Source: an uncultured Gemmatimonadaceae bacterium | Lineage (GTDB): Bacteria > Gemmatimonadota > Gemmatimonadetes > Gemmatimonadales > Gemmatimonadaceae | Direction of reading: 5' to 3' | Assembly: GCA_963740355.1 (NCBI GenBank) | Contig: CAVUDW010000002.1 | Coordinates: 1,024,001-1,088,000, forward strand | Length of the DNA: 64,000 bases | Part shown: positions 48,575 through 57,456 of the stretch, one piece after another | Numbering within the stretch: position 1 is the first letter of the stretch | Layout: each line of letters begins with the position of its first letter | Translations under genes and position numbers: made by a program | Notes under the pieces: model-generated | Databases searched by the model: none | What the model was told of the DNA's origin: nothing | The model's input: the letters and a program-made list of their open reading frames with translations, nothing else

Positions 48575-49900
48575 ATGGCCGACTCCCTCGCGCGCACGCT
48601 TGGCACCCGCGACCTCACGCTGCTGGTCGTCGGCAACGTGATCGGCTCCGGCATTTTCCTCGTGCCGTCATCGGTGCTGGCGCAAAGCGGTGAGTCGGTG
48701 CCGATCGCGACAGCGGTCTGGTTGGTGGGAGGGGTGCTCTCTTTGCTCGGCGCGCTGAGTTACGGTGAGCTAGGCGCGATGGAAGGCACCGGCGGCGGCG
48801 GAGGCCTCTACGCCTTCATTCGTGATGGCTTCGGTGCGTTTCCCGCGTTCCTGTACGGATGGACACTGTTCTTCGTCATCGGCGCCGGCACGATTGCCAC
48901 GCTGGCAGTCGCCGCCGCCAACTACATGACGCAGTTCGTCCCACTGTCCTCCGCGCAGAAGAGCCTCGTGGCCGTGGCGCTGATCGCACTGATGATGGTG
49001 ATCAACGTCCGTAGTACCCGCGAAAGTGCGACGGTGCAGAACGTGGCGACAGGCATCAAGGTGATCGCGATCCTCATCATGAGCGCCGTCCTGTTCGCGC
49101 TCGGCGATGGCAAGTCGATCGCCCCAGTCGCGCATATCGTGACACCGGCATCATTCTCCGGCGTCGGTCTCTCGATCATCTCGGTCTTGTGGGCCTACGA
49201 AGGTTGGCAGTACGTGACCTTCGTATCGGCAGAGGCGAAGGACCCGCAGAAGTCCTTGCCACGCGCCATCACGCTTGGCACGCTGGCACTGATCGCGATC
49301 TACCTGCTGGCGAACTTCGCCTACCTGGCGGCCCTCGGGCCCGCACGCGTTGCCGCATCGCACCGGGTGGCGGGTGAGGCGATGGCCGAGGTGATGGGAC
49401 CGGTCGCGGGATACCTGATCGCGTCGGTGATCATCGTCTCGATGTACAGCGCGGCACATGCCACGGTGATCACCGTGCCACGCGTGTACTTCGCGATGGC
49501 GCGCGACGGGCTGTTCTTCAAGCGACTGACGGAAGTGCACCCGCGCTTCAACACGCCGGCACTGGCGATCGTCAGCAGCTGCCTCTGGGCGATGGTGTTG
49601 GCCGTCACGGGGACCTTCGAACAGCTGCTGACCTATGTCGTCTTCATTGGCTGGATCTTCTATGCACTGGGCGCCGCTGCCGTGATTGCGCTGCGCATCA
49701 AGCGCCCTGACGCCGTGCGCCCCTTTCGTGTGCCTGGCTATCCAGTGACGCCGATCCTGTTTGTGCTGGCCGCGGCAGTGATCGTCATCAACACCCTGAT
49801 CTCGCAACCGAAGCAAGCCGCCATCGGCATCGCGGTCGTGCTCTGTGGTGCGCCCGCATACCTGATCTGGCGTCGCGGGTTCCGCGTCTCGAACGCCTGA
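48575..49900 (+). CDS. APC-family amino acid permease
   Basis: VIGSGIF, SYGELG, WAYEGW, AMARDG, RPFRVPGYP. Confidence 0.93.
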   Translation: MADSLARTLGTRDLTLLVVGNVIGSGIFLVPSSVLAQSGESVPIATAVWLVGGVLSLLGALSYGELGAMEGTGGGGGLYAFIRDGFGAFPAFLYGWTLFFVIGAGTIATLAVAAANYMTQFVPLSSAQKSLVAVALIALMMVINVRSTRESATVQNVATGIKVIAILIMSAVLFALGDGKSIAPVAHIVTPASFSGVGLSIISVLWAYEGWQYVTFVSAEAKDPQKSLPRAITLGTLALIAIYLLANFAYLAALGPARVAASHRVAGEAMAEVMGPVAGYLIASVIIVSMYSAAHATVITVPRVYFAMARDGLFFKRLTEVHPRFNTPALAIVSSCLWAMVLAVTGTFEQLLTYVVFIGWIFYALGAAAVIALRIKRPDAVRPFRVPGYPVTPILFVLAAAVIVINTLISQPKQAAIGIAVVLCGAPAYLIWRRGFRVSNA

Positions 49901-49918
49901 CGTTCACCCTACGATTGT

Positions 49919-50440
49919 ATGTCGCGATACGCTCTCGTCGTCATGGGGACGGCCGGCTCCGGCAAGACCGTCATCGGCAGCGCACTGGCCACGGCGCTCG
50001 GTGTGCGGTTCGTGGAAGGTGATGCCTTTCATCCACCAGACAACGTCGAGAAGATGCGATCCGGGCAGCCGCTTGACGACACCGACAGGCACGGCTGGCT
50101 GCTGGCACTCGGCGCCGAGCTCGAAGCCGCGCGCGATGCGGGGCGTGGCGTGGTGATGTCATGCTCGGCACTCAAGCGACGATATCGCGACCTGCTCCGC
50201 GCCGGCGACGACTCTGTGCGTTTCGTCTTCCTGACGGGCGATACCCGGCTGCTCCGTGAGCGCCTTCAGTCCCGCGCCGGCCACTACATGCCCGTCTCGT
50301 TGCTCGACAGCCAGTTGGAGGCACTCGAGGTCCCTGCGACAGACGAGAGCGCGTGGACCTTCGACATCGGGGAAACGCCGGCGACGATCGTCGCGTCGAT
50401 CATGGCGCGCCTGACCGACAGCCGTACGGAAGCCACGTGA
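49919..50440 (+). CDS. gntK: Gluconokinase (GntK/IdnK type)
   Basis: MGTAGSGKT, EGDAFHP..N..KM..G.PL.D.DR..WL, CSALKRRYRD, HYMP.SLLDSQ. Confidence 0.93.
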   Translation: MSRYALVVMGTAGSGKTVIGSALATALGVRFVEGDAFHPPDNVEKMRSGQPLDDTDRHGWLLALGAELEAARDAGRGVVMSCSALKRRYRDLLRAGDDSVRFVFLTGDTRLLRERLQSRAGHYMPVSLLDSQLEALEVPATDESAWTFDIGETPATIVASIMARLTDSRTEAT

Positions 50441-51795
50441 CGCCCGCCGCCACTGCAGCACCGGATTCGATGTTACTGCTCTATGCGTTGATCGCGGTCA
50501 TCGCCCTCATCGTGCTGATCGCGAAGTTCAAGCTCCATCCCTTCGTGGTGTTGATCAGCGTTTCGCTCTGCACCGGGCTGGCCGCCGGCATGCCTCTCGG
50601 TGGCATCGTGAAGGCCTTCCAGGACGGCGTCGGTACATCGTTGGGCTTCATCGCGATCGTGGTCGGGTTGGGCACGATGCTGGGCAAGATGATGGCCGAG
50701 TCGGGAGGGGCCGCACGCATTGCGAAAACGCTGATCGGGCTTTTCGGCGAGTCACGCGTGCACTGGGCGATCATGTTCGTCGCCTTCATCGTCGGCATCC
50801 CGGTGTTCTTCCAGGTCGGCTTCGTGCTGTTGATCCCGTTGGTGTTCACGATCGCGCGGCAAACGGGAACGTCACTGGTCAAAATCGGGTTGCCGTTGGT
50901 GGCTGGCCTGTCGGTCGTGCACGGCTTCGTGCCACCGCATCCTGCGGCGATGCTCGCGGTGGTCGCGTTCAAGGCGGACGTCGGCCTGACGATCGTCTAT
51001 GCACTGATCGTCGGCCTGCCCACTGCAGCACTGGCCGGACCGATCTACGCTTCGTGGATCGCGCCGCGCATTCACCTGCCCCCCGATAACCCGCTGGCGT
51101 TGCAGTTCCAGACGGATGACACCCGCGTATTGCCAGGCTTCGCCATCACCGTCTTCACCGTGCTGCTGCCGGTGCTGTTGATGCTCGGCGCCAGCACTGC
51201 GGAAGTCACCCTCGATGCCGCTAGCCCACTGCGGCACGGGATGGCGTTCGTCGGCAGCCCGATCGTATCGCTGCTGATTGCGCTGCTCTTCTCTTTCTTC
51301 TCCCTTGGTCAGCGGCAGGGCTTCACGCGTGACCAGGTGCTGAAGTTCTGCAACGACTGCCTCGCGCCCACGGCCACGATTCTTCTGGTGATCGGCGCCG
51401 GCGGTGGCTTCAACAAGGTGTTGATCGAAAGCGGCGTTGGACGCGCGATCGCGGACGTTGCGATCGGCGCCCACGTATCGCCGATCCTGCTGGCGTGGAC
51501 CGTGGCCGCGCTGATTCGTGTGGCCACCGGCTCGGCCACCGTGGCGATGACCACTGCGGCCGGCATCGTGGCACCGATTGCGCTCCTGACGCCCGGCACG
51601 CCGCCTGAACTGCTCGTCCTCGCGACTGGCGCCGGGTCACTGGTGCTGTCACACGTGAACGACTCAGGCTTCTGGTTGATCAAGGAGTTCTTCAACATGA
51701 CGGTGGCGCAAACGCTGCGGACATGGACGGTCACCGAGACGATCATCGGTGTCGCCGGACTGGTGTTCACGTTGTTGCTGTCCGCCGCGCTGTAG
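50437..51795 (+). CDS. GntP-family gluconate:H+ symporter
   Basis: KLHPF, ESGGA, HGFVPPHP, RVATGSATVA, SHVNDSGFW; GTGA overlap with gntK. Confidence 0.93.
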   Translation: MTPAATAAPDSMLLLYALIAVIALIVLIAKFKLHPFVVLISVSLCTGLAAGMPLGGIVKAFQDGVGTSLGFIAIVVGLGTMLGKMMAESGGAARIAKTLIGLFGESRVHWAIMFVAFIVGIPVFFQVGFVLLIPLVFTIARQTGTSLVKIGLPLVAGLSVVHGFVPPHPAAMLAVVAFKADVGLTIVYALIVGLPTAALAGPIYASWIAPRIHLPPDNPLALQFQTDDTRVLPGFAITVFTVLLPVLLMLGASTAEVTLDAASPLRHGMAFVGSPIVSLLIALLFSFFSLGQRQGFTRDQVLKFCNDCLAPTATILLVIGAGGGFNKVLIESGVGRAIADVAIGAHVSPILLAWTVAALIRVATGSATVAMTTAAGIVAPIALLTPGTPPELLVLATGAGSLVLSHVNDSGFWLIKEFFNMTVAQTLRTWTVTETIIGVAGLVFTLLLSAAL

Positions 51796-51839
51796 CTTTC
51801 CTCATCGCCTCATATTCGCCGCACGATCCTGGAGAACAG

Positions 51840-52616
51840 ATGTCGTCCCAACACCGCCTGATCGCCGCCGTCGCCGTCCTTGCGCTGGGCGGCTGCACGG
51901 CGAAGACCACGCTGCCGGCCGAGATGGCAACACCGGTGTCGCGATTGCCCGTGGACGGCTGGATCGATGCCACGGCGACGCTCGAGGCTGGCCGCACGCC
52001 GGTGTACGAAGGCGATGCACCGATGGTGTTCTCGTTTCTGAAGAACATGCAGAAGGGAGACGGCCTGACACTGTCGAAGTTCGACATGGGTGCGCATAGT
52101 GGCACCCATGTCGATGCCCCGATGCATTTCATCAAGGACGGCATCGCAATCGACAAGGTGCCGCTGTCGGCGCTGATCGGGCCGGCCACGGTGATCCAGA
52201 TTGCCGACAGCGTGCAGGTCATCGACGCGGCGGAACTCAATCGCCACGAGTGGAAGGGGGCGGAGCGGATCATCTTCCGCACGCGGGCCACGTTGCGTGG
52301 CTGGATGGATTCGTCGCAGTTCCATCGCGACTTCGCCTACATCACCGGCGATGCTGCGCAACTGCTGGCCGATGCGAATGTGAAGCTGGTGGCGGTGGAC
52401 TACATCTCCGCCGAGCAGTTTGCGGCACCGGCGCCGCTCGCGCACCGCGCATTGCTGGGCAAGGGCATCCCGATCGTGGAAGGGATCTACTTGAAGGATG
52501 CGCCGGCCGGCACCTATGACCTGATCGTCCTGCCGCTGAAGGTGGCCGGTCACGATGGCTCACCAGCGCGCGCGATGCTCCGATCCACCACCGCAACCGT
52601 CCCCAGCGCACCGTAA
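51840..52616 (+). CDS. Cyclase-family (KynB-like) metal-dependent hydrolase with lipoprotein signal
   Basis: HSGTHVDAPMHF, AVDYIS, HRALL...IVE, LPLK...DGSPARA; lipobox LGGC; GGAG RBS. Confidence 0.88.
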   Translation: MSSQHRLIAAVAVLALGGCTAKTTLPAEMATPVSRLPVDGWIDATATLEAGRTPVYEGDAPMVFSFLKNMQKGDGLTLSKFDMGAHSGTHVDAPMHFIKDGIAIDKVPLSALIGPATVIQIADSVQVIDAAELNRHEWKGAERIIFRTRATLRGWMDSSQFHRDFAYITGDAAQLLADANVKLVAVDYISAEQFAAPAPLAHRALLGKGIPIVEGIYLKDAPAGTYDLIVLPLKVAGHDGSPARAMLRSTTATVPSAP

Positions 52617-52649
52617 CCGGGCGCGAGGGACGATCGACGCGATGGCCGA

Positions 52650-54197
52650 TCAGACCGTCGTGAGTTCCTCGACGGCCTGACGCGCGGTCTTCGACTTGGT
52701 GCCGCGAAGCCGCGCACCGGTCGCGAGGCCGATCATGTCGGCCACGATCTTGCCCGACCCCATCACGCCTGGCAGCCCTGCGCCCGGATGTGTTCCGGCG
52801 CCCGCGAAATACAGGTTCGGAATGTCCTCGCTCACATTGTGCGGGCGCATCCACGCCGACTGCAGCAGCGTCGGCTCGACGCTGAATGCCGTGCCGAGAT
52901 AGCTGTTGAGCGAGTTCTGGAAGTAGCGCGGATCGACGTGCCGTTCCGTCACGATGCGCTCCTTGAGGCCCGGCAGATATCGCTTGTCGAGATGATCGAT
53001 GATCTTTTCACTGTACGACTGATGCACGGCGGCCCAGTCGGTGTTGCCGCCAAGATGTGGCACCACCGACAGCACATACCACGCGTCATCCCCTTCTGGT
53101 GCGAGCGATGGATCGGTGACAGTGGGGCGGTGCAGGTAGAGCGAGAAGTCGTCAGCGAGGATCTTCTTGTCGAAGATGTCCGTCAGCAGCTCCTTGTAGC
53201 GGGGGCCCATCAGGATCTCATGGTGCGCCGTCTCGGGCCACATGCCGCGCGTGCCCCGCGTGCCGAAATAGCTCACGAAGAGTGACATCGAATAGCGCTT
53301 CTTCTTGAAGCGCCGGTCGGTGTTCTTCGGCCGGAACTCCGGCTTGATCAGCTTCATGTAGCTCATCGCCACATCACCGTTGCAGACCACGGCGTCGGCC
53401 TTCACGGTGTCACCGCTCATCAGCAGCACACCGGTCGTCTTCCGCGTGGACGCATCGACGAGAATCTCGCGCACTTCGGCATTGAACTGCATCACGCCGC
53501 CGATGTCCGTGAAACACTGCACCATGCCGCGTACCAAGGCACCGGTGCCGCCCATCGCGAAGTGAACGCCCCACTTCTGCTCCAGCGCGTGCACCAGCGT
53601 GTAGAGGCAGCTGGCGTCGAATGGATTGCCACCGATCAGCAGGGGGTGGAAGCTGAACACCTGCTGCAGGCGTGGATCCTTGATGTACTTGTTGACGAAT
53701 GTCGCCACCGACCGCTGCGCCCGCAGGAGCGCCAGCTGCGGCGCCACCTTCATCATGCTGCCGACGGTGGTGAAGGGCATGTCCACCAGCGACATACCGG
53801 CCACGAAGATCTTCTCCGCCTCGGCGAAGAACGCCTTGTACCCCTCGACATCATCCGGGTTGAATCGCGCGACCTCCTTCAGCACGGTATCCATGTTGCC
53901 GCCGTAGCGGAAACAGCTGCCATCGTCGAAGCGCACGTTGTAGTACGGATCGATCGGAACGATCTGCACGTACTCGTCGGTGCGCTTGCCGGCGGCCGCG
54001 AAGATGTCGTCGATCATCCACGGGGCCGTGATGATCGTGGGGCCGGCGTCGAACTTGAAGCCCTCGCGCTCGAAGACGTAGGCGCGCCCGCCCGCCTTGT
54101 CGAGCTTCTCGACGATCGTGACCTGATGCCCTTGTGCCTGCAGGCGGATCGCGGCGGAGAGTCCGCCGAATCCACTTCCAACGACGACGATGCGCAT
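52650..54197 (-). CDS. crtI: Phytoene desaturase
   Basis: VVGSGFGGLSAA, GGRAY, FDAGPTII, LLIGGNP, GAGTHPGAGLPGV. Confidence 0.93.
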   Translation of the reverse strand: MRIVVVGSGFGGLSAAIRLQAQGHQVTIVEKLDKAGGRAYVFEREGFKFDAGPTIITAPWMIDDIFAAAGKRTDEYVQIVPIDPYYNVRFDDGSCFRYGGNMDTVLKEVARFNPDDVEGYKAFFAEAEKIFVAGMSLVDMPFTTVGSMMKVAPQLALLRAQRSVATFVNKYIKDPRLQQVFSFHPLLIGGNPFDASCLYTLVHALEQKWGVHFAMGGTGALVRGMVQCFTDIGGVMQFNAEVREILVDASTRKTTGVLLMSGDTVKADAVVCNGDVAMSYMKLIKPEFRPKNTDRRFKKKRYSMSLFVSYFGTRGTRGMWPETAHHEILMGPRYKELLTDIFDKKILADDFSLYLHRPTVTDPSLAPEGDDAWYVLSVVPHLGGNTDWAAVHQSYSEKIIDHLDKRYLPGLKERIVTERHVDPRYFQNSLNSYLGTAFSVEPTLLQSAWMRPHNVSEDIPNLYFAGAGTHPGAGLPGVMGSGKIVADMIGLATGARLRGTKSKTARQAVEELTTV

Positions 54198-54228
54198 GCG
54201 CCAGACTCTCGGGAAACGCGCGCCTGGC

Positions 54229-54489
54229 TCAGCGGCCGGCGCGCAAGTGCAACAAGTGACAGATGAACGCGGCGCTCAACGCGGGCGCGAGCGTCCATGG
54301 AGGCCAGCCGGCCGCCAATGAGCGACAGGCGAGCGTGAAGCCGGCACCGGCGCCGAGAAACGCGGCGAGCTGCGGCAGCGGCATGCCGCGACCGGTGCGA
54401 CGGGTGATACGTGCGAGCACCGCGCCTTCAACTACCAGCAGCGCCAGGATCGCGTCGTACAGCGCTGGAGCGCGCAGCCAGTCGAGCAA
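54229..54489 (-). CDS. Small (86 aa) hydrophobic protein of unknown function in the carotenoid cluster
   Basis: Fills the gap between cruF and crtI on the same strand; about 3 hydrophobic segments. Confidence 0.65.
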   Translation of the reverse strand: MLDWLRAPALYDAILALLVVEGAVLARITRRTGRGMPLPQLAAFLGAGAGFTLACRSLAAGWPPWTLAPALSAAFICHLLHLRAGR

Positions 54490-54507
54490 GGGTGCGCGCC
54501 GACGCCG

Positions 54508-55470
54508 TCAGCGACCAGCGACAGCGATGTCGCCGAGGGCGCCAGAGGATCGCACGGTGCTGCCCGCGGCCACGTGCGGACGCTTGCGCAGCGCGAGGCC
54601 CAGCGGGATGGCCATGGCGATCAGGCCGAGCGCAAACGCCAGCCACATGCCACGACCCACACAGATGCCAAGTGGCAGCACGCCATTCACGGCATACAGG
54701 CCGAGCGGGAAGTTCGACGGCGATACCTTCTTCGCCCACGTGGACGGCGGCACGATCGCCAGCATCACACGCGCCACTACGATGCCCGTCAGCAACCAGC
54801 CAAGCCAGTTGGTGAGCGGCATGCCGTAGAAATGGCCACCGATCAACACGCTCTGCCAGAGGGGCATGCCTTCCAGCGACGGCAGATGCCAGAGCCAGTG
54901 CACGCTGGCCACCATCGCCGGATCCATCGAGACATCCCACGCCGTCAAAACGAACGCTGCCACCAGCGCCCACCACCAGCGGCTCTTGCCGTCATCGGTG
55001 GCCGGCAACAACCGACCGCAAATGGCGAGCGAGCAATACAGCATGTAGAACCACGACGTCGGGATATTGAACGGCACCAGGCCGAGAATCTTGTAGCCCA
55101 GCTGGTTGGTGTAGCTGTAGGGACCGAACGGCAGGCCCGTGCTGGTACCTAGCAGCTCGGAGCAGAGCGAAATGCCGAAGCTGGCGATGAACACCATGAT
55201 GGCGGTCCGACGCCCCAGCTTGCCCACCGAGTGCAGCAGGCCAGCGAGCGCGCCAAAGACCACCGTGGTCTGACCACCCCACTTGAAGTTGAACGCCATG
55301 ATCTTCTGGTTCGCCGGCGTCGACAGCCACTCGGGAAGCGGCGGCGACAGGAACGTGGCGAACGCAACGCCAGAAAAAATCGACAGCGCGGCATGCGCGA
55401 ACAGGCACATCAGTGCCACGCGCATCAGCGGTGCGGAATCGTCCTGTGGCATTTCGGATGCAACCGTCAC
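54508..55470 (-). CDS. cruF: CruF-like carotenoid 1,2-hydratase (DUF422)
   Basis: ELLGTSTGLPFGPYSYT..LG, VPF.IP..W, AWDVSMDP, GMPLTNWLGW; lies between crtB and crtI. Confidence 0.82.
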   Translation of the reverse strand: MTVASEMPQDDSAPLMRVALMCLFAHAALSIFSGVAFATFLSPPLPEWLSTPANQKIMAFNFKWGGQTTVVFGALAGLLHSVGKLGRRTAIMVFIASFGISLCSELLGTSTGLPFGPYSYTNQLGYKILGLVPFNIPTSWFYMLYCSLAICGRLLPATDDGKSRWWWALVAAFVLTAWDVSMDPAMVASVHWLWHLPSLEGMPLWQSVLIGGHFYGMPLTNWLGWLLTGIVVARVMLAIVPPSTWAKKVSPSNFPLGLYAVNGVLPLGICVGRGMWLAFALGLIAMAIPLGLALRKRPHVAAGSTVRSSGALGDIAVAGR

Positions 55471-55508
55471 GTGCAGTTCCTCGAGTCAAAGCGGCGGGAG
55501 AACAATTG

Positions 55509-55537
55509 AGCTTGCCACGCATTGGGGATCGCGTCAA
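55509..55537 (-). promoter_or_regulatory. Candidate sigma-70-type promoter for cruF-ORF-crtI
   Basis: TTGACG-N17-CAAGCT in a locally AT-richer gap. Confidence 0.3.
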
Positions 55538-55588
55538 TCAGGCAAGCACCTAACCCTGGCAATCCGGTAGCGCTGATGAACAAAAAGC

Positions 55589-56578
55589 TCAGGCGAGTCG
55601 AACCAGTTCGTCCGACTGTGCGGCGTCGGCGGGTTCCCACGCCAGATGCGGTCCGGCGGCGATCGGGTGCGGTCGCACGGGCTGGGCCACGGGTTTCGCG
55701 CGCCAGACCTGCCAGAGGACCTGCAAGCGGGCGAGCGTGCTGAGTCGAGCCCGAGTGGTGAGGCTGTCGCACCCAATCCGCTCGACGGCGCCGAGGATGC
55801 CGCTGTACCCGATCGCGCAGGCCCAGGCGCAACGTTGCGCGTCGGGCGAGAGCAGCGGGATACCGGGCATCGCGGCTTCGTACAGCGCGCGGGCTCGCGC
55901 AATCTGCTGCGTCATGAACCGCTGCCAGCGCGGGTCGGTAGCGACCAGCGAGCCATCGAGGATCTGCGCAGGGGTGAGGCCGAATGCCGCCAGATCCTGC
56001 ACGGGGAGGTAACAGCGGCCTCGCTTGGCGTCCTCCCCCACGTCGCGGAGAATGTTCGTCAGCTGCATGGCGAGGCCGAGCGTGCGCGCATACCGCAGCG
56101 CCACGGCGCGAACTTCCGCATCCCCCTGCACGCCAAACACATGGGTGCACATCTCGCCCACCGAGCTCGCGACCCCTTCGCAGTAGCCGGCCAGTTCAGC
56201 CCAGGTGTCGTAGCGCACCGGCGCGAGGTCCATCGCGACGCCATCCAGCAATTCGCGAAGCACGGCCTCTGGAACGCCGAACTCGCGCATCACCCGGTCG
56301 AGTTCACGGAAGACGGGGTCGGACGGGGTGCCGGCGAGGGCGTCGCGCAGCTTCTGCTCGTGCGCCGCCAAAGCAGCTTGCACGGCAGGATCGACGGTAC
56401 CGGTGGCGCAGCGCGCCTCGTCTGCACGGTCGACGATATCGTCAGCCACTCGGCAGAAGGCATACAGCGCAAAGGCGGCGCGACGCTTGTGCTGGGGCAG
56501 GAAAACGCTGGCCAGATGGAACGTTCGTGCATGCTCTCGCACGACGCGCTGGCACACCTGCGCATCACGATCACTCAT
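55589..56578 (-). CDS. crtB: Phytoene synthase
   Basis: HARTF, LYAFCRVADDIVD, YCEGVASSVG, AMQLTNILRDVGED, GRCYLP. Confidence 0.93.
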   Translation of the reverse strand: MSDRDAQVCQRVVREHARTFHLASVFLPQHKRRAAFALYAFCRVADDIVDRADEARCATGTVDPAVQAALAAHEQKLRDALAGTPSDPVFRELDRVMREFGVPEAVLRELLDGVAMDLAPVRYDTWAELAGYCEGVASSVGEMCTHVFGVQGDAEVRAVALRYARTLGLAMQLTNILRDVGEDAKRGRCYLPVQDLAAFGLTPAQILDGSLVATDPRWQRFMTQQIARARALYEAAMPGIPLLSPDAQRCAWACAIGYSGILGAVERIGCDSLTTRARLSTLARLQVLWQVWRAKPVAQPVRPHPIAAGPHLAWEPADAAQSDELVRLA

Positions 56579-56766
56579 CGCGGGACAGCGGGTCAGGGTT
56601 GAGGGCGGCCGTGGCCGGACGGGTCTGCCAGCTGAACGCAAAGCGTGGCATGAAGTTCCGGCTTGAGGCGACAGGGGGCCGAACGCCGTCGCCGACGATC
56701 AGCCCCTGATGACACAAGGTACCGCACCCAGCAGCCGGGGCGGGAGGCCCCGGCTGGAGTTCAAGC

Positions 56767-57114
56767 CTAGTTCTTGAGTCCGAAGCCGGTCATGGCGCTG
56801 AGGGCCGCACCGATCGGCTTGAAGACGAGTTCGAGCGCCTTGCCGATGGCATCGAATGCCGCGCCAATGGGCTTGAAGACGAGCTCGAAGCCCTTGCCGA
56901 TGACATCGAACAGCATGGCGACGACCCGGTACGGTGCCTCTGCACGGCCGAGCTCGCCAAGGGCGGAGCCGACGGGGTCCATCAACGACCGGCCCTTCTT
57001 GTAATCCTCTGGGGCCGGAGCCCAGCCCATCTTCTGCAGGCGGCTGTAGTGGTCACCAATGAACGCGGCGAGCACGATGAGAATCAGGATGAAAAAGACG
57101 CTGAACGCGGACAT
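56767..57114 (-). CDS. Small membrane-anchored hypothetical protein with tandem 18-aa amphipathic repeat
   Basis: N-terminal TM FSVFFILILIVLAAFIG; FDVIGKGFELVFKPIGAA / FDAIGKALELVFKPIGAA; repeat differences largely synonymous, supporting coding. Confidence 0.7.
   Translation of the reverse strand: MSAFSVFFILILIVLAAFIGDHYSRLQKMGWAPAPEDYKKGRSLMDPVGSALGELGRAEAPYRVVAMLFDVIGKGFELVFKPIGAAFDAIGKALELVFKPIGAALSAMTGFGLKN
56804..56910. repeat. Two-copy 54-bp tandem repeat
   Basis: Units begin at 56804 and 56858. Confidence 0.9.
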
Positions 57115-57276
57115 GGGGCGGGTCACGGGTTGGGGAGACGGGCCGGAATCGCGGACCTGCAAGACATGGTCGAACTCGAGCTGGCCTACTGATACGAAAG
57201 CGCCTGACGCTGCTACCGGCAAGTCGACCGTTTCACGGTTAACCGTCCCGCTGACGGCTCACCAGCGGTCACCACA

Positions 57277-57358
57277 TGCCAACGGCGAGACTCGAACTCG
57301 CACACCGTGAGGTACCAGATCCTAAGTCTGGCGTGTCTACCAGTTCCACCACGTCGGC
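57277..57358 (-). tRNA. tRNA-Leu (anticodon TAG), CCA not encoded
   Basis: GCCGACGTGGTGGAACTGGTAGACACGCCAGACTTAGGATCTGGTACCTCACGGTGTGCGAGTTCGAGTCTCGCCGTTGGCA: cloverleaf, long variable arm, TTCGA T-loop. Confidence 0.97.
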
Positions 57359-57398
57359 ATTGCACCGGCCAATCTAGGGGGCCGGGGAGGAAACTGCG

Positions 57399-57443
57399 AA
57401 ACGAGAAAGCGGCGCCCGGAGAGCTCTCCAGGCGCCGCTTTCT
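57399..57443 (-). terminator. Intrinsic terminator downstream of degP
   Basis: AGAAAGCGGCGCC...GGCGCCGCTTTCT stem followed by CGTTT on the minus strand. Confidence 0.75.
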
Positions 57444-57456
57444 GCACGGTTCAGAA

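Noticed and set aside
56700..57277. Integrated element at tRNA-Leu
   Set aside because: No integrase and no duplicated tRNA 3' end seen in the window
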